Assembly: GCA_051313645.2 (NCBI GenBank)
Contig: JBNRSN020000002.1
Coordinates: 577,220,001-577,284,000, forward strand
Direction: 5' to 3'
Source of the DNA: Centroscyllium fabricii
Taxonomy: Eukaryota
DNA length: 64,000 nucleotides
Position 1 is the stretch's first letter. Every line of letters begins with the position of its first letter. Below the pieces are notes generated by a model, which worked only from the letters and a program-made list of their open reading frames with translations, did no database searches and had not been told where the DNA came from. Made by a program: the position numbers and the translations under genes. Shown piece by piece: positions 11,503 to 23,872 of this stretch.

Positions 11503-13124
11503 GTTTGTCACGATTTGTACCTGAAACAAATGGACCAGAGAAATACTCTGGAATATTTCGAAACAAAAACCAGATCACTTGGAGTTCAGAGGACCTTAAC
11601 GTGAGCTTTGACATCCTCTGAACTCAAGTGGGTTACAACCTTGTAACTACAAAATGTGCATTCCACACCTAATACGTGACTTTAATATACACAAGGTACA
11701 CAACAGACTCGGTTTTAAAAAGATCTATTTAAGCCCAATATAAATGTTACTTGTTTCAAAACTTGCACTGTGATACTGCAGAAAAATGTTTGTGTCTGTT
11801 ATATTTTAGCAGAGATGTACAAATGAATGTATTGTGTCTATTGCTCCTTAGAGAAGAACCTGTAGAAAGTCCATAGGTAAGGAATTTAACTCTAGACAAG
11901 GATTTTAAAATCGAAAACGTTAATTACATATACATAGAATTACTTAAAGGTTACAAAACACACAGGTAATTCAGCCCAACCAGTCTACATTGTTTATTCT
12001 CCATGTGAGCAGTATCTTAATCTCCTGCTCACTCTTTCTTTAACCATTCCCTTCAACCGCCTACCTAACCGATTCTTAAACGCTCACAGTCTCTGCTTTC
12101 ATCATTAACACTGGGCCTTATAGCCCGCTGTGTAACTAAGAAAAGTTCCCCTGTGCTAAATCACTTAGATTTAATCTTCTGCCTATATCCCTTTGTTCAG
12201 ATCCTCAATCACTGGAAACAGTCTTTCTCTCTACTCTGTCCCAACCCATTGTCATTTTAAACCCCCATTAATCTCCTCGGTTCTAATTTTGTATTTAAAT
12301 TTAAATTTTATTTAAGATTCAAAATAAATGTTCGGCTGAATTGATCAGCCAAAAACGTGTTCCCCCAAAAGGAGTGCATCAGGAATTTTTTTTAGTGCAA
12401 GTAACAAGATCAGTATCCCTTCCAAAGATTATGGTTTTCCTGTTTTTCAAAAAAGAAGTTCTCCTGCTATTGTATGCAATATTTTTGCTGAAGTGCTGAT
12501 GAGGCGACTACTGCCCTGTTCGACCTGACCCCAGGAACCTGAACGGATTTGACATCCTGGATGAATGTCTCTTCAATGATTCCATCTCTTTCAAATCGGA
12601 AGAACATTCAGCAAGATGATTTCTCTCTACTGAAGTCACCATTTCAAATAAAAGGGGAGGTTGGGGGAGGGGTGAGAGTAAACTAATATTAACTCCTCAT
12701 AAAAGTGTCCTTACACAGCCCCCCTCTCGTGCTGGATTTATACTGCATGCTTTGGGTACTCAAACCATCGACAGGCCGCTGGCGGGGATCTCGCACCTCA
12801 GGGTTTTAGTGGTCTTCAGTTACTCAAAACATAGGTTTTGCTTGAAATCGCCCCTTCCCCCGTAAACCACTTTGCATCAACCTAAATGCGGTAATACAAA
12901 TGCAGCCTTGCAGAGCACTTTCCAGATGCGGATATGAGAAGCAAGTTAAATCATCTGGGTTCAGAGTAACTGTTCAACATGCTGCATGACATGGTCATGC
13001 TGCTGACTCTCTCTGCATGACCCAATTGCAAAGCCAGTATGAGAAATACTCCAGCAAAGGCACAAACCCAATTGGAATGACCGCTTGTGAATGCCAGAAT
13101 CTAACTGTTGAAATCCTTTTACAG

Positions 13125-13306
13125 GCTTCCAGTGTCTCAGTCGTACATGCCTGGTAATACACTTCAGTCTGGGAGCCAGCCAATGCCATATCAACAATAT
13201 GCGCCCCCGCTCAGTAATGCTCAACAGTTACCAAATCAGATGGCGAGAATGCAAATCAGTGGTGTTTCTACCAACAGCGCGCCACCTCCTGTCAGCCAGG
13301 GATACG
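13125..13306 (+). CDS. SEC24C: SEC24C coding exon 3
   Basis: ttttacag| ... |gtaagc; LPVSQSYMPG...QMARMQISG...QGY; phase 2 to 1. Confidence 0.92.
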
Positions 13307-13642
13307 GTAAGCAATGTTAAGCTGATGGGATTGTGCACCATTCAAGTCATCTCAAAATCAACAAAACCACATGCTTTAAAGTATATCCATCTGAACTGCC
13401 ATTGTGAAAACCGAATTCCTAGTTTCTTTTAAAAACTTGTTGTTACAAAGTATTTAGAGCACAGGAACAGGCCATTGACCCAGCTGGTCGATGTCTGTAT
13501 TTGTGCGCTCACGAGTCACCGCCCATCCTATTTCATCTCACCGGCATCATTTAGTCTGTTGCACATGGCTGAAATATCCCAGAAAGACAATCAGTCCAGC
13601 CCACAAGAATGATGCTCAACCTCCTTTTTTGTTCAAAATCTA

Positions 13643-14765
13643 CATGAGAAAAATCAGAGGGCAAACATAAACAAGAGCCCTAAAGAGCGCGTCACTGGTT
13701 GCACCAAGTGCGAGATGTCGGTTTGTACCCACAATGAGGTCCTGATCTCTGCCGAGGCCATCGGGCAGGGGGAGGGGGAAAGAGGAGGAGAAACCACAAC
13801 CCCCAACGTGGAGAGAAAACCCCGAGTGTGAATCCAGCCATCCCACTCCTGCAGATGTAGGACTTTGGAAAGCAGTGAAGTGTTTTACAGAAAAATAAAA
13901 TATATGGACATGTATTACACAATTCCTTAAATTGTTAGTTATTTCTTAATCACAACCCTTTTAAACATTTCACTTCATGTTAAAGCATGTTCTTATTGCT
14001 CCTCACTGGCCCCGAAGCAGATCTCTGTCTTTGCTGTTTAGCAGCCACCTGCTCGCAAACGCAGCCTTGCAGGAGCTTCCAACCATTAGACAGATTCACC
14101 CATTGGTACAATCCGTCTCTCGGCTCTGTGAAACATAGAAGATAGGAGCAGGAGTCGGCCATTTGGCCCTTCGAGCCTGCTCCGCCATTCAATGAGATCA
14201 TGGCTGATCATCCATACCCAGTATCCTGTCCCTGCCTTGTCCCCATATCCCTCTCGAGCCTGCACCCACACATATCTCACCCTATCCCCTTAACCCCACA
14301 TATTCAATCCCCCTAACACTAAGGGTCAATTTATCCTGGCCAATCAACCTAACCCGCATATCTTTGGACTGTGGGAGGAAACCGGAGCACCCGGAGGAAA
14401 CCCACGCAGACACGGGGAGAATGTGCAAACTCCACACAGATAGTCACCCGAGGCTGGATTTGAACCCGGGTCTCTAGCGCTGTGAGGCAACAGTGCTAAC
14501 CACTATGCCACCGTGCCGCCCGTGAATGGGCAGCTTCGCTGCTTTCCAAAGTTCTACATCTGCAGGAGTGGGATGGCTGGATTCACACTCGGGGTCTTCT
14601 CTCCACGTTGTGGTTTCTCCTCCTCTTCTCCCCCTCCCCCTGCCCGATGGCCTCGGCAGAGATCAGGACCTCATTGTGGGTACAAATCGACATCTCGCAC
14701 TTGGTGCAACCAGTGACACGCTCTTTAGGGCTCTTGTTTCTGTTTGCCCTCTGATTTCTCTCATG
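13643..14765. mobile_element. Unclassified non-autonomous element with ~235-bp terminal inverted repeats and TA flanks
   Basis: 13643-~13878 is the near reverse complement of ~14533-14765; TA|CATGAG...CTCATG|TA. Confidence 0.8.
14131..14521 (-). mobile_element. V-SINE (HE1-like) with CR1-derived tail, nested in the long-TIR element
   Basis: V-domain and tRNA head reversed; tail matches the CR1 3' end. Confidence 0.92.
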
Positions 14766-15254
14766 TATATTGTACCGTGCAACATATTAAAGAAGGTGAA
14801 ATACAGAAGGGCGCATCAATGTATTTGAGAACCAGTCAATTACTTGGGAATTCCTGGGGTAATATATGTGGATTAATTCACCGTCTCTTGCACGGGGACA
14901 GAATCGTTGATGGTCTACTTGTTACCTCTAAGTCCCATAACCAATTCCACGATTTTTGTAGCTGATGGAATGATTAGTGTGATTCGCTCCGCTGTTAGTG
15001 GGATTTCTGAAAATTCTGACTTTATGCAAGCCTTTTTAAAATCTATTAAATTGCGTTTAAAATAAGAGTACTGAGAACAGCTGTAACACCACTGTATCAG
15101 TTGTGGGTTATCTTGGCAACAGCCCTGCTGTAACTGCTGCAGTTACAGTACTGCCGGCATCTGCTGATGTGAGGCTGAAGTTTCTGTCTCAAAAGACAAT
15201 TTCATCAACAAATTTGTTGATGGCAACACCTGCTTTTATTGGAATGATTTTTTT

Positions 15255-15685
15255 AAAATGTATTCTCGGGATGTGGGCATTGCCAGCAAGGCCTGCATTT
15301 ATTGCCCATCGCTCATTATTCTTGAGAAGGTGAACCACCTTCTTGAGCTGCTGCAGTCCATCGTAACACTTTTTTATATGACAGAGTGTCTCACTGGGCC
15401 ATTTCAGAGGGCAGTTAAGAGTCCGCCACATTGATGTGGGTCTGGAGTCACATATAAGCCAGACCGGGTAAGGACGGCAGATTTCCATTCCAAAAGGACA
15501 TTAGTGAACCAGTTGGGGTTTTTACAACAATCTGATCGTTTCACGGTCACCATTACTGATACTAACTTTGCCTCAATTCCAAATTTGTTTAGTTAACTGC
15601 ATTTAAATTCCCCAACTGGTGTGGTGGGTCATTAGTCCAGGCCTCTGGATTACTAGTCCAGTAACATAACCACTGTGCTACCATT
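15255..15685 (-). mobile_element. tRNA-SINE, third family (tail shared with the LINE at 36600-38090)
   Basis: gggatgtggg...gcatttattgcccat...gggccatttcagagggc...ggattactagtccagtaac. Confidence 0.75.
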
Positions 15686-15705
15686 CCCTCTAGTTTTTGC
15701 TCGTA

Positions 15706-16442
15706 CAGGTCGAAGTTCGTTAATCTGGCACGGGCGGGACCAGGCCCATACCGGACATGTGAAAATCCCGAACGACTGAAATTTCGGCGAGCGCATGCGC
15801 AGACCATTAAAAATGGCCGCCGCGAAAGGCCGGCGGCCATTTTGAGTGGTCTGCGCATGCGCTGATCGTTCAGGGAGACCCGGCTCGGGGAAGCTCGCAG
15901 CGGCCAGGCTCGGGGAAGCTCGCAGCGGCCAGGCTCGGGGAAGCTCACAGCGGCCAGGCTCGGGGAAGCTCGCAGCGGCCAGGCTCGGGGAAGCGCGCAG
16001 CGGCCAGGCTCGGGGAAGCTCGCAGCGGCCAGGCTCGGGGAAGCTCGCAGCGGCCAGGCTCGGGGAAGCTCGCAGCGGCCAGGCTCGGGGAAGCTCGCAG
16101 CGGCCAGGCTCGGGGAAGCTCGCAGCGGCCAGGCTCGGGGAAGCTCGCAGCGGCCAGGCTCGGGGAAGCTCGCAGCGGCCAGGCTCGGGGAGGCTCGCAG
16201 CGGCCAGGCTCGGGGAAGCTCGCAGCGGCCAGGCTCGGGGAGGCTCGCAGCGGCCAGGCTCGGCTCGGCCATTGTGAATGATCTGCGCATGTGCTCGCCG
16301 TTTGGCGGCGCATGCGCAGATCATTCGCCGAAGCATCGATCGCGGTGGCCATTTTGCGCATGCGCAGGGCAGTCGGGGAAATTATTGCCGGACGTTCGAA
16401 GTCGCCGGTTTTTCGGGTGCCGGATTAACGAACTTCAACCTG
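15706..16442. mobile_element. Tigger/pogo-like MITE with GCGCATGCGC hairpins and an internal 25-bp minisatellite
   Basis: TA|CAGGTCGAAGTTCGTTAATCTGGCAC ... GTGCCGGATTAACGAACTTCAACCTG|TA. Confidence 0.9.
15880..16262. repeat. 25-bp GC-rich minisatellite, ~15 units (cggccaggctcggggaagctcgcag)
   Basis: Direct tandem periodicity of 25 bp. Confidence 0.97.
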
Positions 16443-16783
16443 TATTCTGCGGGGCAGTACAATGCCTCTTCATATTGCCTGCAACAATCTTTTACTGTTT
16501 GAGTACATTTTCTGTGAGGTAATACTGGCCTTAACACACTGGGCTATTCCTGCTGCATTATCTACTTTCACCCTCTGGCCGCAGCTGCTCATGTCACTGG
16601 TATTCCATTGCCCGGCTAATGCAAGCAAGGTGCATCCACCCAGAGGAAAGCTATGGGCCATGTTTACTTCCAATTGTCTTACTTCCTGTCTCAGTTGTGA
16701 ACTATTGCAAATCAATGTATTGCGTCTACTTTTAGAATTCTCCTATGGGAATCCAGTTGACTGTAGATTTCTCTTGTTCACAG

Positions 16784-17224
16784 GCCCACCAGCTTCTCAT
16801 CCTCAAACCACAGCAAGTTTGCCACCCGCGGGACCAGCAGCGTACGCACAATATTCTACTCCGCTACAGAATATTCCCTCGAGCATAGCCCAGGGTGGTA
16901 GCTCTCTTCAGCCTCCCTATCCCGGGCAACCCGCCCCTGTGTCAGCTTTCACCTCTCCTCCCACATCTAGTCTTACCGGCATGAGTCTCCCTGCTCCACC
17001 CGGGGCGCAAAGACCCCCAACAATGCACGGACCACCACTGCCAGGGCAGCCTCCGACAGGGCTCCCTCCGTCCCAGCCTCCGACAGGACTTTACCCGTCC
17101 CAGCCTAATCACGGGTCTGTGGGTCCTCAACCAGGTATGCCAGGGGTCGTGCCTGGTCCCCCACCTCAGGGCTTTCAAGTACATCCGACACAACCAAGTC
17201 AGGGATTTATACCTCAACAGAACG
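16784..17224 (+). CDS. SEC24C: SEC24C coding exon 4 (Pro-rich)
   Basis: ttgttcacag| ... |gtaagt; PPASHPQ...GFIPQQN; 441 nt, phase 1 to 1. Confidence 0.93.
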
Positions 17225-17526
17225 GTAAGTCTTTTTATGCCTAATACTTGGCGCAGCATTTTAAGCAGTGGAGGTGACTTATTTGCTGTTTTGTGTAATA
17301 TTCCCCTCAAGCAATAAATTGGTGAAGCAACTGTTGTACATAAGATGAACCAGTTCGCACCACCTTGTTTATCTGCTCCAACCGCCGTGGTCCCAGTTGC
17401 ATCACATGCCAGTTTGTGCCTGTGTCCTTTCAAGGAATCTGCAACAGGTTCAGCTAAAGGAAAAGGAGAAAAGAAAGATAACTTCTCCAATTAACACCCA
17501 AGTAATTTAGCTCTATATTTTAGCTC

Positions 17527-18097
17527 AAGGTGAGACCACACCTTGAGTACTGTGTGCAGTTTTGGTCTCCTTATCTAAGGAAGGATGTTCTTGCCATGGA
17601 GGGAGTGCAGAGAAGATTCACCAGGCTGATAACCTGGGATGGCAGGATTGACATATGAGGAGAGATTGGGTAGACTGGGTTTGTACTCTCTGGAGTATAG
17701 AAGATTGAGAGGGGATCTCATCGAAACATATAAAATTCTAACTGGTCTCGACAAACTTGATGCAGGAAGAATGTTCCCGATGATCGGAGAGTCCAGAACC
17801 AGGGGTCATAGTGTAAGGATAAGGGGTAACTCATTTAGGACAGAGATGAGGAGGAATTTCTTCACCCAGAGAGTGGTGAACCTGTGGAATTCTCTGCCAC
17901 AGAGGGCGGTGGAGGCTAGTTCATTGAATATATTCAAGAAGGAGCTGGATGTATTTCTTAAGGCTAAAGGGATCAAGGGATATGGGGAGAAGGCAGGGAC
18001 GGGGTGAGTTTGGATGATCAGCCATGATCGCATTGAATGGCGGAGCAGGCTCGAGGGGTCGAATGGCCTACTCCTGCTCCTATCTTCTATGTTTCTA
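17527..18097 (+). mobile_element. 5'-truncated CR1 LINE
   Basis: ORF2 C-terminus RLRGDLIETYKI...NFFTQRVVNLWNSLP plus CR1 tail. Confidence 0.93.
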
Positions 18098-18419
18098 TTA
18101 ATCGGGGTGGGGGGGTGAAGCAGTTGTGAAACGTCGAAGATGAAAATTAAACATTTTGCCAACTTTTCATTGGATATTTTCAGTGAAGCGGGGCAGGAAT
18201 ACTGTGAAAATAAGTCAACCTCGTGCATGTACTCTTCCAACCTCTGGCAGTCTTCTTTACTTATTGTACGTCAAGCTAATTAGAGGCTCTTGGGGATGCA
18301 TCATTGTTGAACATATTGATTTTCAGCACGATACAATCCAGGACTGAAAAGATTTCTATCTGCACCAGCCCCCAACCCCCCCAAACTCGAGATCAATCCA
18401 CGATTACTGCATAACCCCC

Positions 18420-18680
18420 CTGCACCAGTAATTTTTAAGATAATTGGCAAAAAAACCAAGGGGGAGATGAGAATTTTTTCTACGCAGCGAGTTCTGATCT
18501 GGAACGCGCTGCCTGAAAGGGCGGTGGAAGCAGATTAAATAGTAACTTTCAAAAGGGGCATTAGATAAAAGCTTAAAAAGGAACCATTTGTAGGGCTGTA
18601 GGGAAAGAGTGGGGGAGTGGGACGACAGTAATCGGAGAGCATGATGGGCCGAATGGCCACCTCCTTTGCTGTATGATTTT
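18420..18680 (+). mobile_element. Older CR1 3' fragment
   Basis: Degenerate end of ORF2 and tail gatgggccgaatggccacctcct. Confidence 0.65.
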
Positions 18681-18943
18681 ATAATGCCTTGTTTCTGTTA
18701 GATGTGTATTCCGTAGATCCTATTAAATATACGCTTACTATATTCCATTTCAATCAGTGAATGTGTGCAAATACAGATGAAATTTGGACAATCCAATTTG
18801 CAGCAGCACTGGCCTGTCTCGTTGAGCTGTGAATGGGTAGGAGCTCCCTGTATTTTGCTCATCCCCAGCTATGCTGCTCGAAATGTTCCTTGGTGTTCTG
18901 TTGTTTGCCACTTCGTTCTCCTTGATTTGTGATGTCCTTGCAG

Positions 18944-19068
18944 GTTCTTTTGGACAAATGAGGGCGCCCCAGCCAAACTATGCTGCACCTTACACTGGAA
19001 CACCAAATTACAACAATCAACCCCAATCACAGCAAAAGCGCTTGGACCCAGACAGCATTCCTAGCCCT
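18944..19068 (+). CDS. SEC24C: SEC24C coding exon 5
   Basis: ccttgcag| ... |gtaagc; SFGQMRAPQPNY...KRLDPDSIPSP; ends phase 0. Confidence 0.95.
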
Positions 19069-21289
19069 GTAAGCACCACCATTTTTAACTGTAGTACCTT
19101 TGGCGGCTGTTCTAATGTTTGCAAACTGCTTTGTCCATTTTCTCTCTCTCTCTCTGCTCTAAACTGCTTGTACAAGGATTTGCCTGCATGTGTCCAATGT
19201 TTGCAAACTGGTTGGAGACTTGAATGTAATCCCCAATATATTCTTGTCACGTCTTTATTTGAACATGTTTAGACATTTGCGTAAATATGCACTAAAGTCT
19301 CATAACTGCATCTGAATAATGCAACCCTGCTCACAACACAACTTTATAATAGTTCCTCCACTAAAACGTAGTGTCAGTACCTGAGTATATAGTGACCTGG
19401 CCCCAATCCCCTCTGCTTCAGTTTGGTGTCCTGCACTCTGTCTGAGGCGGTTGGTACTGTAACTCTGGCAGAGCAGACCAGTCTGTTCCTGATCTGCTGC
19501 CAGTGTGCTGGCCTCCACTCGCTTTTCCTCCTTTCCCTTTTCCAGCTTTCTCACTCCCAGCCCTTCTCGGCCGGCACCTCCTTGTTGTTTCTCGGGTTGC
19601 AGCTTCGCTGAGCCTGATGTCCCGCGGCTCCGGCCTGGTGCCCTGTGCTTGATTGGCACTGCCATGCACTCACCTGCTCCTGTCCCAGTCCTGCGCTCCT
19701 GTCGGAATTGGACTCCTCGGTGTTGGTTTCTCTCCTCTCTCCATCTTTTCTTTCTCTGGCGCCAAGTCTGGTGCTGATTGCTGCAGCACTCAATCCGTGA
19801 GAATGGGAGCAAGAGTCTGCTAGTGGAGTCAGTTAGACAGGAGAGCAGCACTGGGCTAGAAGCCGGTAGTCAGCCGTTGGCTCTTGTTGAGACTTGCTGT
19901 AATACCAACCTTGTTATAATGTGCATTTGACTTGTAACCCTCGGTGACATCTTAACGAGGCTGGTCCGTTACTGGTAACTGATAATAATGCTCAATTATG
20001 GAGGATACATTAATGCTTATAAATTTCTGTCAATTAAAAATCCCTGGTTTCTATGGTGTAGTATTGGTGCATTCCTAGAGTTATTTTAGTAAGTACCTTC
20101 TAAAAACAAACTAATTTTAATATTTGAATGTTAATTTTATTCTGGTGAGTCATTGCTGACTAGTTTGGGATCTTAAGCTGCACTTGGATCTGGAGTCAGA
20201 TGATGCAAACAGTATTTCTGCTAAGGTGATGGGTGAGGTGCCTGAATATTTCTGAAACAACCTCGAGAGGTGTGTAAGATAGCAAACCGTACAGAAAGAG
20301 TAGGTTCAGAATCTAACTTCAAACTAAATTGTGATAGTGGGATCATGTTTGTTGAGGATGACGTTGGGATTGTTGGGAAACAGTTTGTTGCCGGTATTGA
20401 CCAGCACATGGAATGGACTTTCGGGTAGGGTAGTGGAGATGAGTACTCTAGAATAATTTAAGAAACCCTTGGATGCGATGATCGGGAGACTGTCGGGTCT
20501 CTCTGGGTGAGCTTAAATGGCTTTCCTTATCTGTTTGGACCGTGTGATGGCCTCAAGGCTTTTCATTCAGGGTTTGAATAAAGATTCCTGAAAGTAGATG
20601 ATGGCGATTACAAGCCTTGTGCCTTTGTTTGGCCGACTTGTTTAGTTTCTGGGGAAGGTGTTGCACTCAATTGGTTTTGCTCTGACTAAACTGCTAACTT
20701 TCGTCCAATTGATCCATTGAAGGAAATGTAAGAAACAAAAGGTCATCCATCCAAAAGGTCATCCATCGAGAGTTCGGCTTAAATGATAATTCAAGAACAG
20801 TGAGCACCCTGGCGTGCTCCAGGGGTTAATGTAGGCACGCACAACTCTGATGGAACAAAGTGATCATGTTTCACTCGAAGGATAGTGTGACCTGGACAGA
20901 AGGAAGTAAATTTTCAGTTGCCGTTCATTTTTGCCATATGTCACCATCTTGGCAGGGAATTCTGGCGCGGGAGTTTTGTCTGTCAAAACTTCTCAACCTG
21001 GGAAGGGATGAGTGAGAAATAACAACAGAAAATGCTGGAAAAACTCAGCAGGCCAGGCAGCATCGGTGGAGAGAGAAATTGAATTAACGTTTCGGGTTCT
21101 GACCCTTTATCAAAACTAAAGTTGGGGAATGAAACACAAGCAGGGAGGCGTGGGGCGGGCGGGGGGAAAGGAACAAAGAAGGCAGCACAAAGAGAAAAGA
21201 CTTAGACGAGATTCTGTGGACAGGAGACAGTGGTTGATTAGGTGTGAAAATCACTGGCAGAACAAGAGGTGGCTGCCAGGAAAGAGAAA

Positions 21290-23173
21290 TGATGTGGAGG
21301 TGCTGGTGTTGGACTGGGGTGGACAATTGTAAGAAGTCACACAACACCAGGTTATAGTCCAACAGTTCTATTTGAAATCACAAGCTTTCGGAGCGCAGCT
21401 CCTTCATCAGGTGAAGTGACGAGATTCATTTAAACATAGCAGACTGTAACATTTGACCCTTTGATCTCAGGCTGACTGATATGTTAAAACACCTTTGATT
21501 GCTTTGATGTCCCTCAGCAGAGGTGTGATGTGAAACAGCTGGAGAGACAACNNNNNNNNNNNNNNNNNNNNNNNNNNNNNNNNNNNNNNNNNNNNNNNNN
21601 NNNNNNNNNNNNNNNNNNNNNNNNNNNNNNNNNNNNNNNNNNNNNNNNNNNNNNNNNNNNNNNNNNNNNNNNNNNNNNNNNNNNNNNNNNNNNNNNNNNN
21701 NNNNNNNNNNNNNNNNNNNNNNNNNNNNNNNNNNNNNNNNNNNNNNNNNNNNNNNNNNNNNNNNNNNNNNNNNNNNNNNNNNNNNNNNNNNNNNNNNNNN
21801 NNNNNNNNNNNNNNNNNNNNNNNNNNNNNNNNNNNNNNNNNNNNNNNNNNNNNNNNNNNNNNNNNNNNNNNNNNNNNNNNNNNNNNNNNNNNNNNNNNNN
21901 NNNNNNNNNNNNNNNNNNNNNNNNNNNNNNNNNNNNNNNNNNNNNNNNNNNNNNNNATAGAATATATAGTATATANNNNNNNNNNNNNNNNNNNNNNNNN
22001 NNNNNNNNNNNNNNNNNNNNNNNNNNNNNNNNNNNNNNNNNNNNNNNNNNNNNNNNNNNNNNNNNNNNNNNNNNNNNNNNNNNNNNNNNNNNNNNNNNNN
22101 NNNNNNNNNNNNNNNNNNNNNNNNNNNNNNNNNNNNNNNNNNNNNNNNNNNNNNNNNNNTATATATAGATAGAATATATAGTATATATATATATAGATAG
22201 AATATATAGTATATATATATATAGATAGAATATATAGTATATATATATATAGATAGAATATATAGTATANNNNNNNNNNNNNNNNNNNNNNNNNNNNNNN
22301 NNNNNNNNNNNNNNNNNNNNNNNNNNNNNNNNNNNNNNNNNNNNNNNNNNNNNNNNNNNNNNNNNNNNNNNNNNNNNNNNNNNNNNNNNNNNNNNNNNNN
22401 NNNNNNNNNNNNNNNNNNNNNNNNNNNNNNNNNTATATATATAGATAGATAGAATATATAGTATATATAGATAGATAGAATATATAGTATATATAGATAG
22501 ATAGAATATATAGTATATATATATAGATAGAATATATAGTATATATATATAGATAGAATATATAGTATATATATATAGATAGAATATATAGTATATATAT
22601 ATAGATAGAATATATAGTATATATATATAGATAGAATATATAGTATATATATATATATATAGATAGATAGAATATATAGTATAAATATATATATAGATAG
22701 AATATATAGTATATATATATATATATAGATAGAATATATAGTATAAATATATATAGATAGATAGAATATATAGTATAAATATATATAGATAGATAGAATA
22801 TATAGTATATATATATATATATATATATAGATAGAATATATATATATATATATATCTTTAGAGAGAGAGAGAGAATATTTAGTATATGTATATAGAATGA
22901 ATATTTAGTATATGTATATAGAGTATGAAAATATATAGGTATATATAGAGAGAAAATATATAGGTATATATAGAGAAAATATATAGGTATATATAGAGAG
23001 GAAAATATATAGGTATATATAGAGAGAAAATATATAGGTATATATATATATATATATGCTATGTTTAAATGAATCTCGTCACTTCGCCTGAGGAAGGAGC
23101 AACGCTCCGAAAGCTTGTGATTTCAAATAAAACTGTTGGACTATAACCTGGTGTTGTGTGACTTCTTACAAAC
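21290..23173. mobile_element. Penelope-like insertion with inverted ends, each carrying a hammerhead motif; interior gapped
   Basis: ~21325-21441 is inverted at ~23057-23171; TSD GAAAGAGAAA (21280-21289, 23174-23183). Confidence 0.72.
21958..23057. repeat. AT-rich compound simple repeat (atatatagt(at)n agatagaat), with N gaps
   Basis: Direct tandem repeats. Confidence 0.95.
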
Positions 23174-23803
23174 GAAAGAGAAAAGAAAGGCTAAATAAAC
23201 ATCAGAAAATGCTGGAAAAACTCAGCAGGATAAAAAGAGGTTCCTCTGCTGTAGTCACCTTTACACCGCTGACCATTTAACAATACAGTGGTTGTAGACA
23301 CTCTACTGTCTAGACGGTTCAGCACGCTCAGCTGATGGATCTGTCTGGGTAAGTGGCTTGCACAAGGCTGATGGGGAGACTAAAAGGGGCATTAAAACAT
23401 TACACCATTTAAACTTCAACTCTGTATATTATAGTTTCATGCTGTATTTCTGTTAAAAATGTACTTTATTTTTGTCTCATTTTTCTGAATTAATGCTGTT
23501 GGACAAGTTCAAAGTTGAAAAGCTAACTCTTTACTTATGTATGAATTTGTAGATCTTGCCAGAATATTTTTAGCTTGCTTTCTAATATTAAAGCTGTAGA
23601 AATGTGAAGGGCCCTGCATATGGCATTAAGATGAACAGATAATCAGTCTAACTGAATAACACAACTTGCATGTGCAATGATGTATGTGTAAACGTATGTC
23701 AAAGGACCTGCTGATGTGGCACCATTAGTGTGGGAAGATAGAAGTAACAATTGTTACTCTTCTGTTTCTCTCCTGTTTTGCTGCTCATTTGTGCCTTTTT
23801 AAG

Positions 23804-23872
23804 CAACTTAATGAACTGCCACCTCAACAGAAAACAAGACATAGAATAGATCCAGATGCAATTCCTAGTCCA
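23804..23872 (+). CDS. SEC24C: SEC24C 69-nt in-frame cassette exon (QLNELPPQQKTRHRIDPDAIPSP)
   Basis: gcctttttaag| ... |gtaagt; 23 codons, phase 0-0; repeats the DPDxIPSP motif. Confidence 0.88.

Noticed and set aside
19300-19970. 183-aa minus-strand ORF or possible old TIR element
   Set aside because: Low-complexity translation with no recognisable domain; TIRs and TSD could not be defined.
21530-22168. ORFs spanning N runs (also 9194-9614)
   Set aside because: Assembly-gap artefacts.
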